Positions 12,693 to 23,781 of a DNA stretch of 64,000 nucleotides are shown here, in pieces. The stretch's first letter is position 1; the number at the start of each line of letters is the position of its first letter. The notes beneath the pieces are model-generated. The model saw only the letters and a program-made list of their open reading frames with translations. It was not told where the DNA came from and did no database searches. Location: NCBI GenBank assembly GCA_004764695.1, contig SMSO01000032.1, positions 2,604,001 through 2,668,000 of the forward strand, written 5' to 3'. The position numbers were made by a program, and so were the translations under genes. This DNA comes from Schizochytrium sp. TIO01. Taxonomy: Eukaryota > Protista > Bigyra: Labyrinthulomycetes.

Positions 12693-14317
12693 TGTTGCTG
12701 GTAAGGAAATCCCTCTTGGCGGGGTGAAATTTCATTTGATGAAGTTTGCCCAATAGCATTGGTTGATATAGACAGCGAACCTCTTGCCCGAGCTGCTGTT
12801 GCAGCAAGCCTTATGCTCCTTAGCGACTTGATTGGGGTGGCACGTGGAGCTTGACCAGAGTGTCCAGTACAAGTTGTGAGGGGTGAAAGATATTTGGAAA
12901 TGGGGATTTGGTGTCCATGCCGCGATCTGGGCCGGTGAGAAAGAGACCCCGCGGAGGAAACTTCACGAACACTATTTGATTTCACTGGGGTGCCCTGTGT
13001 TAATTGTTTGAGACGCATACGGACTGTTGTTTTAGTGCGACCGTTAAAGTGTCCAACAATTGCAGGCAGGTCATCCTTGTGTTTACTGTACAGTGCTAAG
13101 AGTTCCGAATCTTGTTCAGGAGTCCACTCTCTAGCCCGGCTGCGCATGAGGGACTTAAACCTTGTCTTCACAGCATTTTCAGTTCTTCCAGCAAAATGGA
13201 CTTTAATTTCTGCCCACCTATTACCCATGTCTGCATGAAGTTGCAAGAGATGCTCATCTTCAGCCGGAGTGAATGGGCTACGGTTAATTGCAGGATCCAA
13301 GTTAAGCTTCCAGCGTTCTCGGCATTGCTTCGGGGTCCTACCCACAATTTTGGAGGCAATCTCCTTCCACGCAGACAGCTTCTCCTCTGATACGAGGTAT
13401 GTCAGTCGTTCGTCCTCTTCTGGTGTCCATGGTCCTTTGATGAGGCCTGGGCGCAACACTTTATTCCAACGCTGCAGACATTGTACATGGTCACGTCCTG
13501 GAACAAGCTCAGCCACGCGTTTCCAATTACGGGCGCCGATTTGCTCTACTGCGCTACGCAAATCTTCGTCTTCCTCATTAGTCCACTTCGTGGGAACCTT
13601 GGCTTGTTTGGGAATGTGATAGTCGTCCATACTCATTTCATCGTCACTAGCGATCTCGAAGTTGCTTTCTTGCAACTCAGTCTGGTTAGGACTATTAGGA
13701 TTTCGAGGCTCACAAGGCTTATTGCTCGCATCATGAGTGTTTATGTTCTCTAGATCCAGTTTAAGATTAGGATTCTTTCGGCTCGGAGACCGCTTCTGAA
13801 TTTGACCAAGCGGGCTAGTCGCTGTTGTCATTTCGTCAATGAAGAGATGCGATCGATGAGCATCTTGGCGATTCATTGTTGAACAGTAATTCTCTTTTCG
13901 GTCAGTATCACTATTATGTGTCCGGAATGAACCATGTGCCGGAGACCTTGGGGAATAAAGCTCCATTTCTCTTCGACTTGTCTGCATGCTGGAAGGAGAT
14001 TGAGAGGTATGCATACCGGTGTACTTAATTGGAGTCGAGTGTAGATCTTCTATAGACCTCAGCCGCCCCTTATCATACCGCTTGTTGAATCCATGCCTCC
14101 TAAGCGTTGATGGTGCTGCCTTTTCGTAGATATCTTGTGCGCTGGTCACTGCATAAAGAATTCGTGCGGAGGTTTGCTGCAAGAGTTCCCTATCCTGGCC
14201 AGGAAACGCATCCTCTAGAATCCTTAAAACAACATCCTGTCGTCGCTCCTCATTTGTTCTCCATTGATTCTCCGCACCGATGCTCTGACCCTGCGTGTCG
14301 GGAGTATCTTCGTTCAT
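11276..14317 (-). CDS. MYB transcription factor, R1R2R3 type plus a degenerate fourth repeat
   Basis: KWTNEED..NWKRVA..GRDHVQCLQRW; GPWTPEED..WKEIA..GRTPKQCRERW; PFTPAED..GNRWAEI..GRTENAVKTRF; then EWTPEQD..GRT. PolyQ, polyT and His tracts. First ATG at 14317. Confidence 0.92.
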
Positions 14318-16807
14318 ATGTGCTGGCCTTTGTCTTTCTGTCTGCCCAGCCAGCGCCAGCAACAGCAGTACAAACCAAGTCTGCTATACTTCGAAGCCTG
14401 TTCGCCAAAACTCCAAAAGCCCAAAACCAATCTCCAGCAAGGTCGTGCTTTGGGCTTTAACCAAAGCACCTGTGTCCTTAAGCCCAAATGTACCTCGAGA
14501 ACTCGCCAGCAGAAACGGATTCTCGTGCCACTCTTGGCACTCGAGCCCTTGTGCGCCAAATACGCTAAGACTAGACTATGCCAAGCTAGGACTCCGCTAT
14601 TATCGGCGGCTGCTCCGCCTTGAAAAAGTTGGGCCTGGAGTCTCTAACCACGGGAGGACCTGCGAGCGGGGCGCAAGGATTCACGATGACTCTCACAGAC
14701 TTCCAAAGGACGGGTCTGCAAGCTTTGTCGCGACTTTGAGACACACAAACCTGCAATATCTCGTCTCGACTGGGTCCTAAAGTGAATGACCTGGAAACGT
14801 AAAATGGGCTCCACTTTGCAAAAGCACCGTTGCAGACGTAGCGAGGCCAATTCAAGTCAGGCGGGGCTGTGAGCGATTGGTGGCTCCCAGGGCACGGCGG
14901 GGGGGGGCTCCGGGAGCGCCAGAGAAGCCGCCGCAGCGCTATGGCAGCAAGGGCTTTGGGTTTATGGCCTCAGTGGAGCCAAGCGCCCAGTCACATATTA
15001 TCTTCCAAAATAGAACAGAAAGGAACGCGCCTTCTGGGGCCCCAGCCCGACCAAAAAGGTACAGAAAGCGCCACAGAACTGGAAATCATCCGTCAAACGC
15101 ACACACACTGCAGCATCAAGTTTCACAAGACTGCAGTTGCAGTCCGGAATCAAAAGCAGCTCAAAATCTCACTGCCGATGCCGCAGAACCTGAATTTCAC
15201 TGCGTTAAACCGCCCAACGAATGGGGGGACGCCTACCAGGAGTCTCGGGACAGCCTTTGAGTGGGTACGTATGATCTTCCACAAAGAAGGAGAAATGAAG
15301 GCACAAGTGTGTTTCAAGATGGCGCGAAGAAGATCAAAGGTTCGTGGAGGAGCGCCATGCCTTGATCATGATCCTGCCAGATCATGGGCGAGGGGAGGCG
15401 ACCTTTGATCGAAGCTCTGACAGAGCGGAAAACTGTTTGAGGAAATGAATTTGGTGTGGGTTACAGTGATGGTTGTATGGTCTAGAGCGTCTTTGGTGCT
15501 GTGAAGGAATGAGTCTCAGTCTGGTTGTGAACAGCACGTGTGGGGCCTTTCGTTTGAGTTATTGCCTTCGCGCTCGGAGAAACTCGTTGATGCTTTGCAT
15601 AAGTCCATCGCTCCGCCAAGCTGGTTCTAAGAATAAGCAGTCTTGATTCCTACTGCCAGGTGCTAACATCAAAATCCAAGCTTTCTACATGCCTACCTGC
15701 CCTCACGAGATCCCCTCAGGCAAAGCTGGAGCGAGAACTTTGAAAGGTCAGGCCTATGGCAGCGTGAAAACCAGCGCTTATTACGGTGCAAAGGCTTTTT
15801 GACGCTGGCTGTGATCGATACCTTAGCTCGTCCCGAAAGCTGATGCCATCCAGCTGAGCGAGTTCCCAAATTTAGCAGCTTGAGCCCGCCATCTCGTGCA
15901 CTAGCTGTCTCGTGTCCGCAGAGCTGGATACAGGGCCCATCAAGGCAATATCCTCGAGTAATTCAATTCATCGTGGCGATTGCCCAGATCCGTAGCCAAG
16001 TAAGCCCTCATTGTAATAGCATGCGTGGTGCCAAAGCTTCTTTGCCTCTTAAGGGTGTGTACCGATCTTTCCAACAACTCCATCTCCAACGTCGAAAACC
16101 GGGCTCATCCATCTTCTCGCAGCCGTCGGTCTCGGCGCTGAAGGGTGTTCTTCCTCGCCGACAGCCTCCAAGAGCGGCGCATTTGGATTTGCATGTCAGG
16201 CGGTATGGTGCCTTGGCTGGAGTTTCGAGGCTCGCGAGGTATGATGATGCGATGAGGATGGGATGCGATGGAGATGTTAGTCAAGGAGTCCATTGAGGCG
16301 ATGGTCCACCCACCTCAGACCGCCCGTCTCCGTCCGGGCCGGCAGGAACGGATGCCGCTCGACTACAGGAGCTGCCATAAGTGGGGGGACCGGGGCTGCC
16401 AACGGGGGCTTGCCTGGGGTAGCGCAGAACCCTTGAGAACTTCAGATGTCTGTATCTTTGTTGTAAAACGAGGACTTTGTTGAAAAAAAAAAGGGAAAGA
16501 AAGAAAGAAAGAAAGAAAGAAAGAAGATACTCAGTAGGCCTACCTACTGCTTATCCAAGGAAAAGTATTTCCTGTTTTCCTTTTAAGTTGAGGCTACCTG
16601 CGGCTAGTGCTAGGTAGCACTAGCTATGAACTGGGTTGATCAAGTAGCTGAAGGATATCTTTGGGACAGACATTGTCCGGCATTGACAGAACCGAATTGG
16701 TGACTGGAGCACTTCGCTGTGTACTTGTGCACGATAGTCAGGATCTTGGGGACTACTTCCGTGGAGTTGTTCTATCGGCACCTGTTGAGTTGTGAGGTTG
16801 CTGCACG

Positions 16808-17326
16808 ATGGTTTCTGGAGATTCACCGCGATGGGAAAGCCTCAACGCCATAACTTTTGCTACCCCGGATATGGCGGCTTCTATCAAGTTCTATCAAAGC
16901 CTGGGACTTAAACTCACGTACGGAGGACCGAAATCGCCTTTTTCTACTCTCGGTCTGGGCGGAGCTGATAACACTTTGCATGTGAACCTTTTCAAGCCTG
17001 ATCAGGACAAGATCGATGCCGAGTCATGGGGACGAGTCATTATTTATGTGTCCGATGTGGACAAAATGGCGGAATTAGCGAGGAGCTCAGGATACAAACC
17101 GGAATTCGATCCCAAAGATGCGCCTTGGGGCGAGCGCTACTTTCACATTCGCGATCCCTCCGGGCATGAACTCTCATTTGCAAAGAAAATCCAGGGACAC
17201 CGGTTCTGGAACCGCAAGGAGATCCAGCCCACCTTTGATGAGATCCTGTCTGCACATGGCAAGAAAGCCATGATTGCATGTGCTGCTGGGGCTGCTGCTC
17301 TGCTCATTTGGCAATCACGTTGTTAA
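16808..17326 (+). CDS. VOC / glyoxalase-bleomycin resistance family protein with hydrophobic C-terminal tail
   Basis: AITFAT.DMAASIKFYQSLG, WGRVIIYVSDVD, P.DAPWGERYFHIRDPSGHELSF; intronless. Confidence 0.9.
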   Translation: MVSGDSPRWESLNAITFATPDMAASIKFYQSLGLKLTYGGPKSPFSTLGLGGADNTLHVNLFKPDQDKIDAESWGRVIIYVSDVDKMAELARSSGYKPEFDPKDAPWGERYFHIRDPSGHELSFAKKIQGHRFWNRKEIQPTFDEILSAHGKKAMIACAAGAAALLIWQSRC

Positions 17327-17974
17327 ACTATACGTGTCTATTCTAGAACACAGCGCTTCTTACCCTGGAATAACATGCTGAGTGCTGACGAAATAAATGT
17401 TACCTCAATGACACGAGAAAAGCATTTGTCAGTGTCACTATACATGAAGCCAGATGTTTTTAATATACCCAATCCTAATTGGTCCAAGAGCTGTATATTG
17501 TTCCGTCGCCCTTTTCTTTGCAGAAAAGATTCACTTCCTCCAGACCTCTCTAATAAATAATTCAAGATTGTCGGCTTCACTATATTTTACTATTATAGCG
17601 AGCTTAGCTCTTCATTTATATGTTTGTGCTCCCTTGCTTCAGATCAACATATTTGAGCTTGCCCAAGCTTTATCTCTAGAGATTGTTCAAAGTCGCGAAA
17701 CGATAGATAACCACTCAAGATGTATATTGAGATATTTATGATCCAAAGGGTGTTCTGTCTCTTTCGCTAGGGCCAGTAGATGGAGTATCGATAAGTCAAC
17801 CAGTGCTATCACTAAAAGGTCAAGAGTTGTAGGCGAGGCGCAAGGCATGATGAATAAGATGAAAATTGAAAATCTAAGCAGTGAAAGATAATGAAGTAGC
17901 GAAAGAACAGTGTTTACGTTTTTTTATGGGAGAGTATGGTGGTGGGGCGGATTTGGATGTGATAAAGTTTCTTA

Positions 17975-18601
17975 TTAGTGCACGATGCGGTAGGTGACAT
18001 AACGGCCTGCGGTCTCACTGGAACGAATAATCTTGACAACCTGACCGCGGCGCAGACCGAAGTAGCGTGTGATAGGATCCGTCGTGTACATACGCGGCAA
18101 TTGCGAGTCTTTGAGGTTGTAACGAATGAGGAGCTGACGCTTCTCGTCGTCGGAAAGGACCTCATGTTTGGGCACCAACTCGTGCTCGGTAATGTCGACG
18201 AGGAGCTCAGACTCCTTGAAGACCTCAATGTAAAATAGAGGTGCGGCCTCTGCCAGGGCCTTTTTGGCGAACGGAGAGATGTCCTTCTCGACAACGAGAA
18301 TAGCGCGTTTCACATCTTGCTCCTGCATCTGGTCTGCGTAGGTAGACATGCTCTTGACATCAACCTTTTCCTCCTCAGGGAAGAACACGAAGATGCGGTC
18401 ATTCGGGTCATCCTTCTTAGCCGCAAGCATCATCAGTTTCTTCTTGTCCACAGGGTAACCAAAGGTACCCTTGAAGTCCTCAAAGTTCATCTCTGCGCTA
18501 CTCACGAGGTATTTACGGTTCCTCAACATCTTGTTGATCGTGTCGCGAGCGCGGTGCAGGCGCCATGCCCGCTTGTGGTTGGGATCCGCTTCATCCTCCA
18601 T
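17975..18601 (-). CDS. RPB5: RNA polymerases I/II/III shared subunit RPB5 (POLR2E)
   Basis: ELLVDITEHELVPKH, QLPRM..DP..RYFGL.RGQVVKIIRSSETAGRYVTYR; 208 aa; biased codon usage. Confidence 0.98.
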   Translation of the reverse strand: MEDEADPNHKRAWRLHRARDTINKMLRNRKYLVSSAEMNFEDFKGTFGYPVDKKKLMMLAAKKDDPNDRIFVFFPEEEKVDVKSMSTYADQMQEQDVKRAILVVEKDISPFAKKALAEAAPLFYIEVFKESELLVDITEHELVPKHEVLSDDEKRQLLIRYNLKDSQLPRMYTTDPITRYFGLRRGQVVKIIRSSETAGRYVTYRIVH

Positions 18602-19309
18602 CTTGATTAAAAGCCTGTGGACCTTTGAAAGAAGTCTTCCACGAATGTATCCTCAAACTAAATCTAGTGTTGCTGGTACACCTCCAACGCAACGAGCTTC
18701 ACGAATAAGGCTTCGTTTGTCTGACTGTCACGACGAAGAAGCTGTCTCAGCTGCCCGATGAGCCGCTGATCCAACTGCCGATACGGCGACTACTCTAGCA
18801 GCAGCTGCAAGAGTCAACGATTGGGGTCCCTCAATAAGGACTCCGACTACGCGCCTTCCCTCCAGCACACGCGCGAGCCTAGCCAGCAGCGCGAACGGAG
18901 AGGATTCACGGCTTGGCGTCGTGTTGATGGCACTCGAGCTTGCCGGCGATTCGCTGGCTTCGGTGGGGTACTCTGTAATATATAATTAACCGAAACCCCA
19001 AACTAAATTCACATTAACATACGACTCGGATGTTTAATAAGTATACTATACCCCCCTTGCTAAAATCTCAGTCAAGTTGACCAGACCTCTAGTGCGTAGA
19101 AAACAGCCATTCGGCTCACCATTAGGCGGCAATTTATGATTACCAAGCGCAGTTCGGAGCCCTCTTTGGACTGCGTACTTTTGATTTTTGTAGAGGCTTC
19201 AAGTGTGGCTTACGGTCTGCCAAATTTTGCATGTACGAGACAATCCCTAAGACGTTTTAATCCATCAATAAGAGGAAGAAAGCCCTCAAAATTCTGTCGC
19301 AGGGGCCCA

Positions 19310-19320
19310 TTTCGCGCCAA
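19310..19320 (+). promoter_or_regulatory. E2F-like site TTTCGCGCCAA in the RPB5 divergent intergenic region
   Basis: Matches the E2F consensus TTTSSCGC; identical to one half of the palindrome at 42286. Confidence 0.35.
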
Positions 19321-19844
19321 TTAAAATGCAGAAGTGCTGACGACCACCGCGATGGCACTCAGGCCCAACTTGAGCAGCATTGACAAGGTCTGAGCCAAGT
19401 GCCACAGGATCGGCGGCGTCGGCGTCCGGCAACTCTATGTTCCCTTTGTTCCCCATACTTAATGGGTGGTGGAGGTAAAAACAAGATTTATTTATTTTTC
19501 GTACTGCGATTTTGGTTGCTCTAAAACTGTGTGTGATACTGTGAGTTTTGACACCATCGTCATCGCGTTCTTTTTCAAGATGGTCTCCGAATGCCTGCTG
19601 TTGAGGCAATGGGAGAGTGCTCACCAGTCAGCTATTGCAGGTGCTCTTGCTGATCAGCTTGCAGCTTGTTGGAGCCTTGGAATGCCACTGCTCACCTACT
19701 TTTACAGCCTTTGCGTAGTATCAACTTTCAACTTACAAGTGAGTTATAGAGCCCTTGAATGGAGGTTATAGACTATCAAAGTAGAGTATTGCCACCCTAA
19801 CGGGCGATGAGCTTTTCTGCCAATACTTCACTTTCGCGCTTTCT

Positions 19845-19895
19845 GTTATACTATCCATAAGCGAGTTATACTATCCATAAGTGAGTTATACTATA
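19845..19895. repeat. 20-bp tandem repeat, about 2.5 copies (gttatactatccataagYga)
   Basis: Directly visible. Confidence 0.85.
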
Positions 19896-20642
19896 CCTGC
19901 TAATGACGACCATTGACTTGATCTACTACCCTACCAGTCAGCTACCCTTAACTAAGTCACATTTGCTCCCTGTCTCATCGTTGGCTTCACGCTGATTTCA
20001 AGACGCCACAACGTATTGCGACCAGCGCGAAAATCAAATAAAACTCGGACACCTTCTGGCACACATCTTGAACTAGGCATCTGAGGGGCTTTGGACACCT
20101 CTTGTGCCCTTTTCGGAATAGGTTTCCACGTTGACCATGCCTCTTGAAGAACAACTGTGGCTAGGACTGCCTAGCCCCCAAGTAGAAGGCAATTTCTAGC
20201 TATCTATAACGTGTCATTGGGATGGAAAGCGAGTTAAAAGGCTATTCTTCGCAGCCATAGTTAGTAGTTTTACCTATGTCTCACGATATTGAATTTATTA
20301 TTATTGCTATTATTGCTGTTGTTGCTATTATGTTATTTATTTTTAATGAAACAAATGTTAGTTAAAAAGAAGAATGAGAAATTTTCTAAAAATTCAAATG
20401 ATGATTTGCACGAATGCAAACTCTGGGAGTAGGACCTTCTATGAGGATCAGTAGGAGTGGATAAGAAAGGAGTCTGTCTGAGTGGATTCATAGCGACCAT
20501 AGTAAAATGTGTGGAAGAAGAGGAAAGCGGCGCTGCAAAAGAGAACGTGAAGAGTGCAGCGCAGCGAAGAAGCAGCAAATCGGGATCGCGACCTGCATTG
20601 GCGTTGAGCCGTCCAGGTAGGAGGCGGGCAAAGGCAGGGAAA

Positions 20643-23600
20643 ATGCTAGCTTCAACGATGCGCAGGTCGCTATCACGCTACCAGGTGGGAGCCGCGGTAC
20701 TGGCGACGCAGAGATTGGCGGTGACGCCCACGACATTGCCCACGACGATGGTCCCGCAGAGATTAGCAGTGATCTCAGGGCGGCAAGACCTATTGCTAAT
20801 GCAGGTAAAGATGACAGGGATTTCACAGAAGTTTTCTACTACATCACGTAAACGTTCATTAAAGGCATCAAAGTTCAAAGCCAAATCAACAAAAAATTCA
20901 TCAAATGAACCTCAGAGCAAAAAGTCAAAGGAAAAGCTGAAGAAGGGAAAGGCAAAGCAGGAAAAGGAACAGCAGGAAAAGGCAGATCGCTTAAACAGAA
21001 AACTGAGCAAATTAAAAGTCAAAATAAAACCTCAAAATCACCCTAGCCCAGAGACTTCATTGAAATCAATTGAAGGAGAGATTGCCGAATTAGCAGAAAT
21101 GGACTCAAATGTCGTAAAGCCTGAGGCTCCATCAGCAAATGCTGCGATGAAAACTACCAAAGATAGGGATTCGGACCTCTGGGGAGAACCTGTGAATGAA
21201 TCAAAACTCGAAGCAAAATCTGTAGATGCCAAAACAAAAGCAGAAGTAGAAACCACCACGACAGAAGCTAATGCTCAAGCAAAAACAGACTCTAAGGTGA
21301 GATCGGAAGCAGATGTTAAAGTAGAAGACGCTAAAGCCAAGTCAGGAACCGAAGCAGATACTAGCGTGGAGGCAAAAGCAGAGCAAGAAGCTAGCGATAA
21401 AGCTAAAGCTAAAGCAGAGAAAAAAGCAAGACATGAAGCAGAACTAGAAGCGGCAAGACAAGCTAAAGCTAAAGCTAAAGCAGAGAATATAGCTCAGGCC
21501 AAAGCTAGAGTAGAGAAAAAAGCAAAAGCAGATGCAGAGAAAAAAGCAAAAGCAAAAGCAGATGCAGAGAAAAAGCAAAAGCAAAAGCAGAAGCAGAGAA
21601 AAAAGCAAAAGCAAAAGCAGAAGCAGACGCAGAGAAAAAAGCAAAAGCAAAAGCAGATGCAGCAGCAAGACAAGCTGACATTAAAGCTAGGGCAGAGAGG
21701 ATTGAAAAATTTGAAGCAGAAGAAGCGGCAAGAAAAGCTGAAGAAGAATTGTCAAAAGTGGGGAAAATATCTGAAACAACAACCTCTGGAAGTCAATCCG
21801 GTGCTATGCCTCCCAATGCATCAGATAGTAAAGCTGCGACCCTGAAATTTTCAACAACAGCGACGTTTCCAAGGTCCTCTAACGCTAACGCTTCGACCTC
21901 TCAATCTGATGGGGCAGAACACCAAGATATCACGATGCAGGATTATCTTCGCAAACATACATCTATGAATGGCGAAAAACTTATGACGGCCTTCCCAGCC
22001 AAAGATCATGTTTTACAAAATTGGGGGCCTTCTGGGCTGGGACCCGAGTCAAATCTCAAGAATGAATCTCAATCAAGATTCGAATCTACATTCCGTAACC
22101 TCATTGCAAGTATCCCTCTCAGCCCTGCGGAACAAGAAGACGTGAGCCAACTTTACCAGACATATGTTGATTCCACGAAGCGCAAGGATACTCTTATGGC
22201 TGAATACAAAAAGGCCTCAGCTGTTCTGGACCTCGCTTCTCAGCAATACATGGAGGCCTCTCGTTTTAAAAAACGTCTGGAATCTTACCTTGAAGAAAAT
22301 GACATGCTTCATCAGCTTGCGAAACACCAACTAGAAAAATTGTGTTCCCCTCGCACGGGTCGCTTCCAGAACCATCAGTCTTTCGCATATCCAACCTTAG
22401 AAGAGCGTGCAGCGCCGAACCCATCTCAGGATAGTCAGGAGGGTGATTCAACCAGTAATGGAGACAGCGCCGACAGGAAAGGCCCTAAGTCTATGTAAGT
22501 GATTCGCTGAAGCGCATTGTTGCAAATATTGTATACTTTTTCTTTCAATGTAATATAGATGAACTTCCTGATTATTCTCACGCAATTTTCTTCAATGTGT
22601 TATTTGTGTTTATATTCCACATCTATGACTATATACCTGAGCAGGTCGCGAGCAGAGGTTGAAGATTCGGAGAGTAACATCAAAGTCGGCGACAATTTTA
22701 ACATTCCGTTTCTTTCACAGAGTGCTAGCGACAACGGGATAGCATCTCCTAAAATTGCGTTCCCATTGGAGCGTGACACATTTCTATCCGAATATGCTGG
22801 ATTCAAAAATCCATTCTCAAATACAAGTGAAATGTCTTTCCATCGGATTCACATGATGTACCGGAAGCGCTGATTCTGGATCAAATGGTTTCTGCAATCC
22901 CGATTGACTTACAACCAGGTTCTCAGCTGAGATTATTTCGAAACCAACAAGAACCTGATTTGTCAATCGAAACACTTAAAGCTGAAAGAAGTCGTCTTGA
23001 AAGTGCTGCAGAGGTGGTGGGTGTACACTTCAAAAGAAGATTGGATACTCATGTTTTTCAGCGTGAAAATTCGGATGGTAAGAAAACCATAGATAAACTC
23101 ATTATACGAGATCTAATTAGGCCAATTTATCGAGAAGATCTTGCAGAGGTCATACCTGACATAGTGAAGTATGCCGACCTTTCATTCGAGCATATGGTTA
23201 ATCATCCCTTCGGCTCTTTAAGTGGATACTCTAATGAACGAGAAGAAAAAGTACAGAAAAATATTATCCGGCGAATGATCCGGGCTGGGTGGATTCCTTT
23301 CCTCGAAGAATACGCTGTTAAATTCCTCTCCGAGGAGATGACATTTAAAGCAAGACGCACTCGTCGTCCACAAGAAAGAGCTCATATGCTTAAGGCCTTC
23401 AACAGACTCCGAAATCACGTGGCTGGCGATCTTGTCTTTTTAAAACAAATGCCAGATAGTGACTATGACTCGCCGTCTTTTGTTGCCCTTGCTGTTGAAG
23501 TAAAAGCTTTGAATGACAGTGCAAGTGGAGGGTCGTCAAAATCACAGCTGAAGCTATTAGGCTTACAACGCTACCGATACGGAAATGCCATGAAAAAATT

Positions 23601-23781
23601 ACTAAACCCACTATACGTTCCATGTGTTTATGGCATTGGTGTTTATGGACTTCACTCTCTGCTTGATGATGAATACAATTTCTTTCTCTTGCCAGATGAG
23701 GATTTGCCGTCATGGTTTCTGCTTACTCTCCCTCCAGAGTGGCTTCGAGGCCACACGAGTATGCATATGAAGACAGATTAG
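20643..23781 (+). CDS. Putative single long mitochondria-targeted protein (K/A/E repeat stalk plus unknown C-terminal domain), interrupted by two -1 frame breaks and one intron
   Basis: ATG 20643 begins an R/S/L/A-rich, nearly acid-free presequence-like segment. An A5 run instead of A6 at 21570-21574 breaks an EKKAKAKA repeat. Intron GTAAGT(22495)..GCAG(22644) is in frame. A second break at about 22829-22870 joins the 22885-23781 ORF. Confidence 0.65.

Noticed and set aside
14400-16500. Several 100-180 aa ORFs upstream of MYB
   Set aside because: No motifs, mostly non-ATG starts, and overlapping on both strands; more likely promoter or UTR.
22871-22873. TGA as selenocysteine or readthrough
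   Set aside because: The downstream long ORF is in a different frame; in-frame readthrough stops again within about 20 codons.
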